From sequence record SRR16203515_4127: 34,115 bases of DNA, one strand, 5' to 3'. Positions 18,441-27,587 of this stretch are shown here, in pieces. Under the pieces are notes generated by a model. That model did not search any database, was not told where the DNA came from, and saw nothing but the letters and a program-made list of their open reading frames with translations. Within the stretch, counting starts at the first letter, position 1. The number at the start of each line of letters is the position of its first letter. The translations under genes and the position numbers were made by a program.

Positions 18441-20708
18441 TTAAATTAATATTTCTCTATTACCTTTTACATTTGCTTCAGATAATACACCAGTTTGCTC
18501 TAATTGTTCTACAATTGTAGCTGCTCTGTTGTATCCAATTCGAAGTTTTCTTTGAATATAAGAAATAGAAGTCTTTTTATCATTTATTACAACTTGTTTA
18601 GCATCTTCATATAGAGGATCTAAATCACCAAGTTCTGCATCTGTTGATGTATTACTTGAAGATGATGAGTTTCTATCTTTAATAAAATTCATATCATAAT
18701 CAACATCTCTTTGCTCTTTTAAGAAATCAACAACTTTATCAATTTCAGCTTCCATTGACCAAGGAGCATGAATTCTTACAAGTCCTGACATACCAGGAGG
18801 AGTAAATAACATATCCCCTCGACCAAGTAATGACTCAGCACCCATTGAGTCTAAGATAATCTTAGAATCAACTTTTTGACCTACTTTATAAGAAAGCCTA
18901 GATGGTAAGTTTGCTTTAATTAGACCAGTAACTACATCTACAGAAGGTCTTTGAGTTGCAACGATTAAGTGAATACCTGAAGCTCTTGCCATTTGCGCAA
19001 GTCTTGCAATTGAATATTCAACATCTTTTCCAGAAGTCATCATTAAATCTGCTAACTCATCAATAACAACTACAATATAAGGGAAAGCTTCAAAATCTTC
19101 TTTTTTAGCTTTCTCATTATAGTTTTCAATGTTCTTAGTTCTAGTTTGAGACATTAAAGTATAACGTCTCTCCATCTCACCTACCATATTAGCTAATGCA
19201 TTAATAGCATCACCTGCTTTTGTAATAACAGGAGTTAGTAAGTGTGGAATATCATTATACATTGAGAACTCAAGCATCTTAGGATCAATCATAACTAATT
19301 TAAGATTATCTGGCGAGTTCTTATATAATAATGAAAGAATCATAGAGTTAATACCCACTGATTTACCAGAACCTGTTGTTCCTGCAATAAGTAAATGAGG
19401 TAGTTTCTTTAAATCTGTAATAAATGGCTTACCAACAATATCTTTCCCTAAAATCATTGTAAGAGGTGATTTAGAGTTTTGAAATAATTCACTCTCTAAC
19501 ATCTCTCTTAAATAAATAGTTTGCATTTCAGCATTAGGAACTTCAATACCAACAACATCCTTTCCAGGAATTGGAGCTTGAATTCTAATAGTTTGTGCTT
19601 TAAGTGCCATTGCTAAATCATCTTGAAGATTCAGAATCTTAGAAACTTTTACATTTGGTGCTGGCTTAAATTCAAAAGTAGTTACAACTGGACCTGTATA
19701 AGTTCTTACTACATCCCCATCAATTTTAAACATAGCAAGTTTATCTAATAAATCAGAAATCTTTTGATCTATTTCAGATTCACTTACTTTATTTTTTTTC
19801 TCTTTAGGAGCTTTTTGGAAAAAGTCTGTATGAGGTAATTCAAAATCTTTTGGCTTTTCAGTTTTACCAATTTCGATATCTTCTAAAAGTTTTTTGTTCT
19901 CTTCTAATTCTTCAACAATAATTCCATGGGATTCTGTTTGAGCTTCCAATATCTCTTCAACAACATCATCTTCTTTTATAGTTGATAAATTTTGATTTTC
20001 TAGCTCTTCAGATTTTATTTCTTCCATTACTTCATAAGCATCTGGTTTAGAAATAAATTCTTCTATATCGTTTTGAGAAGTAAGATCATTTTTCACTTCT
20101 TTAATATTAGAATTAGCTTTTGCAGGCATTTCAAGAATTATTTCAGCAGTGTCACCCTCTTCTTTAACAACAACATTTTGTTCTTTTCTTTTTGTTCTTC
20201 TGCTATTTTCTATTCTTTTAGGTTTACTCGGCTTTGCTTCTGATTTAAATTTATCTTTCATTTTCTGAACACCATTAAATTCAAAATCAGAATTCTCTTT
20301 TATTACTAGGAAAGATATAATATACCCCACTAGAACAAAGATATATAAACCAGCTCTACCAATAAATGGAATTAAGTCATGAACTAGGATATTACCTATT
20401 TCACCACTATTAGCTTTTGTATCTATTATTAATGATTGAAAAATTAAAGATATAAATAGAATAAGCAAAACTACGGAGATATTTAAAAAAACTTCTTTTT
20501 TTTGAATATCTTTTTTGTAGTTTACTAAATATAGTGGATATACAAAAAGTAGTAAATATACATAAGATAAGTACCCAAAATACTTTTGTGAGAAAGTAGC
20601 AAAACTAGAACCTGCTGTTCCTACTACTTCTTTTGCACTAACAAAAGTTGAAAACTCAAAGAATACTATAATAAATAGAATAATTAAGGATATGATTTTC
20701 TTTGCTAT
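18441..20708 (-). CDS. ftsK: DNA translocase FtsK (about 755 aa; proposed ATA start at 20708)
   Basis: PHLLIAGTTGSGKS, IDPKMLE, IDELADLMM, ATQRPSVDV, gamma domain QRKLRIGYNRAA. The frame stays open 80 codons upstream of the ORF-track TTG (20468) and encodes extra TM helices. Gene identity is certain; the start is inferred. Confidence 0.93.
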   Translation of the reverse strand: MAKKIISLIILFIIVFFEFSTFVSAKEVVGTAGSSFATFSQKYFGYLSYVYLLLFVYPLYLVNYKKDIQKKEVFLNISVVLLILFISLIFQSLIIDTKANSGEIGNILVHDLIPFIGRAGLYIFVLVGYIISFLVIKENSDFEFNGVQKMKDKFKSEAKPSKPKRIENSRRTKRKEQNVVVKEEGDTAEIILEMPAKANSNIKEVKNDLTSQNDIEEFISKPDAYEVMEEIKSEELENQNLSTIKEDDVVEEILEAQTESHGIIVEELEENKKLLEDIEIGKTEKPKDFELPHTDFFQKAPKEKKNKVSESEIDQKISDLLDKLAMFKIDGDVVRTYTGPVVTTFEFKPAPNVKVSKILNLQDDLAMALKAQTIRIQAPIPGKDVVGIEVPNAEMQTIYLREMLESELFQNSKSPLTMILGKDIVGKPFITDLKKLPHLLIAGTTGSGKSVGINSMILSLLYKNSPDNLKLVMIDPKMLEFSMYNDIPHLLTPVITKAGDAINALANMVGEMERRYTLMSQTRTKNIENYNEKAKKEDFEAFPYIVVVIDELADLMMTSGKDVEYSIARLAQMARASGIHLIVATQRPSVDVVTGLIKANLPSRLSYKVGQKVDSKIILDSMGAESLLGRGDMLFTPPGMSGLVRIHAPWSMEAEIDKVVDFLKEQRDVDYDMNFIKDRNSSSSSNTSTDAELGDLDPLYEDAKQVVINDKKTSISYIQRKLRIGYNRAATIVEQLEQTGVLSEANVKGNREILI

Positions 20709-20718
20709 TTTAAAGCCT

Positions 20719-21666
20719 TTATTTTAATAATTTTGCAATTCTTCCTTGTAATTTAAGCCATTCTCTATGACCCATTAAAGGAAAACCTGCCCAAGATTTT
20801 TTTGGTTCAGTAATTGTTTTAGTAACACCACCACGAGCAGCAATTGTTGTAAATGGAGCAATTTCTAAATGACCTGCTGTTCCACTTTGTCCACCCATAA
20901 TTACATATTGATTTAATATAGTTGAACCAGATAAACCAACTTGAGAAACTAAAATTGAACCAGTACCAATTTTACAGTTATGTGCAATATGCACTAAGTT
21001 ATCAAGTCTTACACCATTTTCAATAATTGTTGATTTGAAAACTGCTCTATCAATTGTACAATTTGCACCAATTTCAACATCATTTCCAATTGTTACATTA
21101 CCATTTTGATAAATTTTAATATACTTACCATCTTTAGTATTAGCAAATCCAAAACCATCACTACCAATAACAGTTCCCGCATGGATTAAACAATCACTTC
21201 CAATAGTACAGTCTCTATAAATAGTTACATTTGGATGGATGATAGTATTGTCACCAATACTTACATTATCACCAATATAAGCTCCAGCCATAATAGTACA
21301 GTTTTTACCAATAGCAGAATTTTTACCAAGATATACATTTGGCATAACTATAGTACTTTTGGCAACTATTGCTTCATTTCCTGTAGTTTCAACTATTTTT
21401 GGTGCAAAAAATTTACTTGTATGAGCAAGATTTAAATAAGGTTCATCACAAACTAATGCAATTGTTCCTTTAGGTACTTCATCTTTGAAATTCTGTGTAA
21501 CAAATACAGCTGCTGCTTTTGTATTTTTTAAATCACTAAGATATTTTTTATTTTCTAAAAATGTCAGTTCGTTTTCGCTTGAATCAATTAGAGTATTTAA
21601 CCCTGAGATCTCTTTTTCTGAGTCACATTGTAAGTCCAATGCTTTTGCTATGTCTTGTAAAGTCAT
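20719..21666 (-). CDS. lpxD: UDP-3-O-acylglucosamine N-acyltransferase
   Basis: ELTFL N-domain, hexapeptide repeats, IGSDGFG, VEIGANCTIDR, DNLVHIAHN. Confidence 0.96.
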   Translation of the reverse strand: MTLQDIAKALDLQCDSEKEISGLNTLIDSSENELTFLENKKYLSDLKNTKAAAVFVTQNFKDEVPKGTIALVCDEPYLNLAHTSKFFAPKIVETTGNEAIVAKSTIVMPNVYLGKNSAIGKNCTIMAGAYIGDNVSIGDNTIIHPNVTIYRDCTIGSDCLIHAGTVIGSDGFGFANTKDGKYIKIYQNGNVTIGNDVEIGANCTIDRAVFKSTIIENGVRLDNLVHIAHNCKIGTGSILVSQVGLSGSTILNQYVIMGGQSGTAGHLEIAPFTTIAARGGVTKTITEPKKSWAGFPLMGHREWLKLQGRIAKLLK

Positions 21667-21708
21667 ATTTATCCTTAATAATAGGATAAGATAAGAAGGA
21701 TCGTCTTC

Positions 21709-22206
21709 TTATCTTTCCATTGCTACAATACCACTTCTTACTACTTCAAGTGGATTGAATTTTTGCATAATTTTAATAAAGTTCATGATTCTTGATGAAG
21801 AATCAGTTGCTGATACGATAATAGCTTCATCAGTAACATTTTGAATACTACCATGATAAGCTCTTGCTATTACATCAATATCAGATAGATTATTGTTAAG
21901 AGAAAATTTCATTAATACTGTATCTTTTTCAATAACATTTCTGTGTTCATTTACTTTTAATACTGGAATTAATTTATTTAATTGTTTAACAATCTGGTCA
22001 ATAATTCTTTTATCACCAGTTGTTACAATTGTCATTCTTGAATATTCACTTCCTTCAATAGGAGCTACTGTTAAAGAATCAATATTATATCCACGAGCAG
22101 AGAATAATCCAACAATTCTAGATAAAACATTGTGCTCATTCATCACAACAACAGAAATAACTTGTCTAGTTGTTTCTGTATCGTAGTAGTGATTAAAATT
22201 ATTCAT
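21709..22206 (-). CDS. ilvH: Acetolactate synthase small subunit
   Basis: ACT domain VLSRIVGLFSARGYNIDSLTV, QIVKQLNKLIPV, EVVRSG. Confidence 0.93.
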   Translation of the reverse strand: MNNFNHYYDTETTRQVISVVVMNEHNVLSRIVGLFSARGYNIDSLTVAPIEGSEYSRMTIVTTGDKRIIDQIVKQLNKLIPVLKVNEHRNVIEKDTVLMKFSLNNNLSDIDVIARAYHGSIQNVTDEAIIVSATDSSSRIMNFIKIMQKFNPLEVVRSGIVAMER

Positions 22207-23903
22207 TATTTTGCCCCTTCAATTAACGTCATTTCATTTAAAGCATGACCATTTGGTACCATTGGTAATACTTCTTCATTTCTTTCAACAATAACTTCAA
22301 TCATTGCTGGTTTTTTCTTTTCAACTGCATCTTTTAATGCTGCGTCAAATTCTTCTTTTGTTGTAACTCTATAACCAATTCCACCAAAGGCTTCAACTAA
22401 CATTTTAAAGTTAGGCTGAGCTGTTAAATCAGTTTCAGATAATCTGTTATCATAGAACATTGTTTGCCACTGTCTTACCATACCTAAGTAATTGTTATTT
22501 AAAACAATATTTATTACTGGTAAATCAGATTCAACACATGTCATTAACTCTTGAATGTTCATTAAAATTGAACCATCACCTGTGAAGTTAATAGAAACCT
22601 TATCTTTATCTTTCATTGCTCTAGCAACACCCATAGCTGCTGGAAGACCAAACCCCATAGTTCCTAAACCACCAGAAGTGATAAATTGTCTTGGGAAAGA
22701 GAATGGATAAAATTGTGCAGTCCACATTTGATGTTGCCCAACATCAGTAGAAACTACAGCTTTACTTCCTAATAATTCTCCAACTCTTTGAATTGGCCAT
22801 TGTGGCTTAATCACATCATTTGAATCGTTATATCTTAAAGGCTCTTTCTCTCTATATTCAGTTAATAATTCAACCCAGTTAGAGTAATCATTAAATTTAT
22901 TATCAGAAATTGCTTCTAACATACCTTCAACAGTTTTCTTTAAATCACCAACAATTGGGAAGTCAGGTGTAACTAACTTATCAATACTTGTAGGGTCAAT
23001 ATCAACATGAATTATTCTAGCTTTAGATGCAAATTCATCTAATCTTCCAGTAACTCTATCATCAAATCTAGCACCTAATGAGATTAATAAATCAGTCTCA
23101 TGTGTTGCCATATTTGCAGCGAATTCCCCATGCATACCTAACATACCAAAGAATAATGGATTTGAATCACCCATAGTTCCTCTTGCCATTAATGTTTCAA
23201 CAGCTGGGATATTAAGTTTTTTAGCAAATTCTCTAACTTCATAAGCACAGTTTGCTAAAATTGCTCCACCACCAACATAAATTAAAGGTTTTTTAGCTTT
23301 CGAAATTGCTTCCATTGCTTTCTTTAACTGTCTTTTATTGTAGTTAATAGTTGGTTTATAAGTTGGTAAGTTTATCTTTTGAGGATAAACAAAGTCACCT
23401 AATTCTGCTGTGATATCTTTTGGGATATCAATATGTACAGGTCCTGGTCTTCCAGTACTTGCAATATGGAAAGCTTCATTAATAATTCTTGGTAAATCAT
23501 CAATAGAGTTAACTAAATAATTGTGCTTTGTACATGGTCTAGATATACCTACCGCATCAATTTCTTGGAATCCATCTGTCCCTATGATAGTTGTTGGTAC
23601 TTGCCCAGAAATAACAACTAAAGGAGTAGAATCCATATAAGCATCAGCTAAACCAGTGATTGCATTTGTAAAACCAGGTCCAGAAGTTACAATTGCAACT
23701 CCAACTTTACCAGTAGATCTAGCATAACCTTCCGCTGCTATGATAGATGCCTGTTCATGTCTATTTAGAATGTGTTGAAAATAGTTTTGTTTATATATTT
23801 CATCATAGACGTTCATAATAGCGCCACCTGGGTATCCGAATACGACTTCAACCCCTTCTTGATGTAATGATTCTATAACCATTTTTGCGCCAGTCATTTT
23901 CAT
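22206..23903 (-). CDS. ilvI: Acetolactate synthase large subunit
   Basis: FGYPGGA, RHEQ, TSGPG, TDVGQHQMW, TPP motif GDGS...NN. Confidence 0.95.
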   Translation of the reverse strand: MKMTGAKMVIESLHQEGVEVVFGYPGGAIMNVYDEIYKQNYFQHILNRHEQASIIAAEGYARSTGKVGVAIVTSGPGFTNAITGLADAYMDSTPLVVISGQVPTTIIGTDGFQEIDAVGISRPCTKHNYLVNSIDDLPRIINEAFHIASTGRPGPVHIDIPKDITAELGDFVYPQKINLPTYKPTINYNKRQLKKAMEAISKAKKPLIYVGGGAILANCAYEVREFAKKLNIPAVETLMARGTMGDSNPLFFGMLGMHGEFAANMATHETDLLISLGARFDDRVTGRLDEFASKARIIHVDIDPTSIDKLVTPDFPIVGDLKKTVEGMLEAISDNKFNDYSNWVELLTEYREKEPLRYNDSNDVIKPQWPIQRVGELLGSKAVVSTDVGQHQMWTAQFYPFSFPRQFITSGGLGTMGFGLPAAMGVARAMKDKDKVSINFTGDGSILMNIQELMTCVESDLPVINIVLNNNYLGMVRQWQTMFYDNRLSETDLTAQPNFKMLVEAFGGIGYRVTTKEEFDAALKDAVEKKKPAMIEVIVERNEEVLPMVPNGHALNEMTLIEGAK

Positions 23904-24045
23904 AATATTTCTCCATTTTAAAATAAGCAGATATTATATAGAAAATTATATTAATTAACCTTTAGATAATTTCATATACCCATTTTGATTTAGATTCTTT
24001 TTAGTTTATTTTAAATATAATTTAAGATAGTGTTATTAATAAGGA

Positions 24046-24858
24046 GTGATTATGGATGTAAATAGTATTAACAATAATATAAGTACCCTTAACAGCCAGC
24101 CTTCCGTTGAACTTAACAAAACCGGAGCTAATAACAAAATTGAAAAAGTAGATAATGAATCTTTATCCTTATCTGTTAATCAATATAATCAAAGAAGAGA
24201 TGAGTTATCTCTTAATGTACAATCACTAAATGAAGGTATTGCAATTGGTAAAATTGCGGAGAATTCATTAAATAAACAAGAAGATTTTTTAAATGATATT
24301 AAAAAAAATTTAGAATCTTTAAAAAGTGATGATACAAACCTTCTAGATAAAAATGAAATTAAAGACAAAATTAATCAAGATTTACAAAGTTTTAATCAAT
24401 TAGCTTATGAAACAAAATTTGCTAATAAAAATATTTTAAGTGTTGATTATTATGATGAACAAAAAAATGTTGAAATTAGTACAAGTAATGATAATTTTTC
24501 AATTGAAAAACCTAATACTCCTCAAATAGCAAATGATATATTTGAAGGTTTAAATGAAAGTAATTTAAATTTACCAGATGATTTAGAAAAAGTATTAGAT
24601 AAAGTTGAAACAGCGACAAGACAAATTCAAACAATTACAAGTGAATTTACAGATTTTGGGAATAAACTTGAAAGTAGTGCTAGAGGTACTATACAAGAAC
24701 AACAAAATCTTTATAACGAAGCGAAAGTAAATAAAAATAGAAATTTTGGGAATGAGTCAAGTGATTTTACTAAAACAAATGTAACAGCAAATGTAGGATA
24801 TTTAGCTGCTTCTCAAGCTAATATTGTGCAAGAACAAAGTGTAAGACTTTTATCTTAA
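24046..24858 (+). CDS. Short flagellin-like protein (FlaC-like)
   Basis: Flagellin N-terminal D1 pattern (SLNEGIAIGKIAENSL, ETKFANKNIL) and C-terminal D0 pattern (NFGNESSDFTK...SQAN...VRLLS) with little central domain. AAGGAG RBS; the start may be ATG 24052. Confidence 0.75.
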   Translation: MIMDVNSINNNISTLNSQPSVELNKTGANNKIEKVDNESLSLSVNQYNQRRDELSLNVQSLNEGIAIGKIAENSLNKQEDFLNDIKKNLESLKSDDTNLLDKNEIKDKINQDLQSFNQLAYETKFANKNILSVDYYDEQKNVEISTSNDNFSIEKPNTPQIANDIFEGLNESNLNLPDDLEKVLDKVETATRQIQTITSEFTDFGNKLESSARGTIQEQQNLYNEAKVNKNRNFGNESSDFTKTNVTANVGYLAASQANIVQEQSVRLLS

Positions 24859-25775
24859 GTCTTACACCTTTTTTTATAAGCATTTAAAGCAACACCCTCT
24901 CTTAAACCATCATCTAATACAATTGATTCTGTTTTAGATAATACTTCAAAAATTGCTCTATAAATAAAAATACCAACTTCAATAAATTCAACTCGTCCAC
25001 GACCAACAAGTTTCGTAATTTCTTCTTTTGAAGACTTAGTTAAGATATTTAGACAACTCTCTAAATCATCTAGATTTACAATAGTTCCATTTACAACATC
25101 TTTATCATAAGAAAAGAAGTCTTGCCCTAATTTAACTGCGGCAATTGTTGTAGGAGTTCCAGCAGTTGCTACAAAAGTGTACTCATCTAAATTTACATCT
25201 AAAGAGTCCAAATACTTCTGTATTTCTTTTTTTCTATCATCTAAATCTTTATTTAAATCATGATAGTGAAGATATTCTTGTGTCATAGTTACAATACCAA
25301 AATCAAAACTATGTGCTTCATAATCATCATTTGTATTAACAATGATTTCTGTTGAACCACCGCCAATATCTAATAAGATAAATTTTGAAGAATCTATATT
25401 TTCTCTTTTTAGAGCGTGTTTAACAGCAAGTAAAGTAAGTCTAGCTTCTTCTTTACCATCAATGATATTAAACTTTACACCAGTTTTTTCTGTAAAGTAT
25501 TTTAGAACTTCTTCATTATTATTAGCTTTTCTCATAGCAGCAGTTGTAACTGCAACTGCTATGCTTGGATCATAATTAACTATTTCTATTGATTTTTCAA
25601 TAGCAGTAACTACTCTATTCTGCGCTTCAATTGAAATAAGTCCAGTATCTACTAAACCATCAGCCATACCAACTACTTCATTATATTCAGCTAGAATTTT
25701 GTCATTTAATCCATCATATTTAAGTACTCTAAAAGAGTTTGAACCTAAATCGATACTTACAATTTCACTCATCAA
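24855..25775 (-). CDS. Ppx/GppA family phosphatase (short form)
   Basis: IDLGSNSFR, TAAMRKA, GKEEA, DIGGGSTE, GLREG. Confidence 0.92.
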   Translation of the reverse strand: MMSEIVSIDLGSNSFRVLKYDGLNDKILAEYNEVVGMADGLVDTGLISIEAQNRVVTAIEKSIEIVNYDPSIAVAVTTAAMRKANNNEEVLKYFTEKTGVKFNIIDGKEEARLTLLAVKHALKRENIDSSKFILLDIGGGSTEIIVNTNDDYEAHSFDFGIVTMTQEYLHYHDLNKDLDDRKKEIQKYLDSLDVNLDEYTFVATAGTPTTIAAVKLGQDFFSYDKDVVNGTIVNLDDLESCLNILTKSSKEEITKLVGRGRVEFIEVGIFIYRAIFEVLSKTESIVLDDGLREGVALNAYKKRCKT

Positions 25776-25780
25776 AAGGC

Positions 25781-26338
25781 TTAAGGATGAGGGATTTTTA
25801 ATTTAGAATTTAATAAATATCCAATAACAATCATTAAAACTAATACTATTGTTTCTGAAATAAACCCTGTTAAAGAGATTAAATAAACTAACCATAATAA
25901 AATTGCTCCAAGAGGTGTTGGAACACCTGTGAAATACTTAGCAACTTCACCTTCTTCAGCATCAATATTAAACTGAATTAATCTTCTTAATCCAGAAATA
26001 ACATAATATACAAATGCAAATACTACTAATGGTGTAAATAGAGTTAATTCTTTTCCATCAATTACTGCAAAATAAATAAACATTGTAGGAACAATAACAA
26101 AAGATAAAAAATCTGCATAAGAATCTAATTGAATACCAAACTCTGTTGATAAATTATATTTTCGAGCAATTTTTCCATCTACAATATCAAATCCTCCAGC
26201 TAACCACGCAAATAATGCTGCGGCAAAAAACTCTTGATGAGTTAAAAAATATATTGCAAAAATACCTGATGCAATATTAAAAAAAGTAACTATGTTTGCT
26301 AAATTGAAATGATTATTTTTATTAAATAAAAAAGTCAT
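25781..26338 (-). CDS. CDP-alcohol phosphatidyltransferase (PssA-like)
   Basis: ANIVT, DIVDGKIAR...FGIQLDSYAD signature, YFTGVPTP. Confidence 0.9.
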   Translation of the reverse strand: MTFLFNKNNHFNLANIVTFFNIASGIFAIYFLTHQEFFAAALFAWLAGGFDIVDGKIARKYNLSTEFGIQLDSYADFLSFVIVPTMFIYFAVIDGKELTLFTPLVVFAFVYYVISGLRRLIQFNIDAEEGEVAKYFTGVPTPLGAILLWLVYLISLTGFISETIVLVLMIVIGYLLNSKLKIPHP

Positions 26339-27444
26339 TATTCTCCCTTGTAAATATGGTATTGGTTTCTACCATTTTGTTTTGATTTATACAGACATTC
26401 ATCTGCATATTTATATAACTTATTTGCTGATATATATGTATTTGGTTTATAAATAATTGCACCCATTGAAACAGAAACAACATCAAGAACTTTACTTCCT
26501 TTATGTTCAATCCCAAGTTCTACAATTTTTTTGTTTATATCATCTAAACACGATTTTACTGTTATTTCATCAATATCAAATAAAATCACACCAAACTCTT
26601 CTCCACCTAATCTAAATACAAATTCGTATTTTTGATTGAAATATTCTTTTAATAATGTAGCAACTTTTTTAAGAGTTTCATCTCCTAAATCATGTCCATA
26701 AGTATCATTATACTGCTTAAAAAAATCAATATCTAACATTAAAAAAGCACAATCCCAACTGTTTGCATTGGAAATGAAAGGCATATTATCAAAAATTGTG
26801 TCAAAATATTTTCTATTATAAAGTTTTGTCATTGAATCAGTAATAGAATCAATTTTATACTTTTTATTTAGAATTCGCAATTGATTATCTTTTTTTACTA
26901 ATTGATAAATAATATATGCTATTAATATAAATGATAATACTAAAATTAATAGTATATTAAAAAACAAAAAGTCTTTCATATTTTTATAATCATCAACAAA
27001 TATTTTTCTCTGTTTGTAAGCCATTTGAGTTTCGTACTCAATTAAATAATCAATCTTTTTTACTACATTTTTGAACTTGTGTAGTTTGTTTACTCTAAAA
27101 GTTTCTTTTATCGCAAAATCAACACTACCTACAACTTCTTTTTCTTTATCATTTTTATATGCTCTATTATAATATTCCCATTCTTTTAAAATAATGTTTT
27201 TTTCTTTTTTGAAATTACATATATATTTTAAAGTTCTACATGAGATGATTTTTCTATAATTATCTTGGATATTTTCTAGTTTTACAATAGGAACAAAATT
27301 CCCAAAATAGATATTATCAATTTGTTTTTTTAATTTATCAATTTGTGAGTTAAATAATAAAGATGCACCAATTAAGGCTAGTAATACAATAGAAACTAAT
27401 ACAATTAATTTAAATGTTACAGATTTGAGAAAATTATATTTCAT
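26338..27444 (-). CDS. Membrane-anchored diguanylate cyclase (TM, periplasmic domain, TM, GGDEF)
   Basis: TDSMTKLYNR, LDIDFFKQYNDTYGH..GD, RLGGEEF, SKQNGRN. Confidence 0.93.
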   Translation of the reverse strand: MKYNFLKSVTFKLIVLVSIVLLALIGASLLFNSQIDKLKKQIDNIYFGNFVPIVKLENIQDNYRKIISCRTLKYICNFKKEKNIILKEWEYYNRAYKNDKEKEVVGSVDFAIKETFRVNKLHKFKNVVKKIDYLIEYETQMAYKQRKIFVDDYKNMKDFLFFNILLILVLSFILIAYIIYQLVKKDNQLRILNKKYKIDSITDSMTKLYNRKYFDTIFDNMPFISNANSWDCAFLMLDIDFFKQYNDTYGHDLGDETLKKVATLLKEYFNQKYEFVFRLGGEEFGVILFDIDEITVKSCLDDINKKIVELGIEHKGSKVLDVVSVSMGAIIYKPNTYISANKLYKYADECLYKSKQNGRNQYHIYKGE

Positions 27445-27450
27445 TGGGAT

Positions 27451-27459
27451 ATTCTATCA
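27451..27459 (-). promoter_or_regulatory. Extended -10 promoter for the diguanylate cyclase gene (predicts a leaderless mRNA)
   Basis: Minus strand reads TGATAGAAT-ATCCCA-ATG with no Shine-Dalgarno. Confidence 0.5.
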
Positions 27460-27587
27460 AAAAAATATTCAAATTAGATTAATTTTATCCCCAAAAGAAA
27501 GAATAAAATTATTAAATAATTTCCCAATGAGTGTATTTAATAAACACTTAGATATAATCGCGATTATTAAACAAAAAAGGTATAAAT

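Noticed and set aside
20484-20516. Homopolymer runs as a frameshift or phase-variation site in the ftsK 5' region
   Set aside because: The frame is intact through the runs, and they are short A/T tracts rather than poly-G/C contingency tracts
21235-22186. Plus-strand ORFs 21235-21435, 21485-21694 and 21893-22186
   Set aside because: Antisense shadows of lpxD and ilvH
23904-24045. Leader-peptide attenuator upstream of ilvI
   Set aside because: No Ile/Val/Leu-rich leader ORF or terminator/antiterminator pair visible
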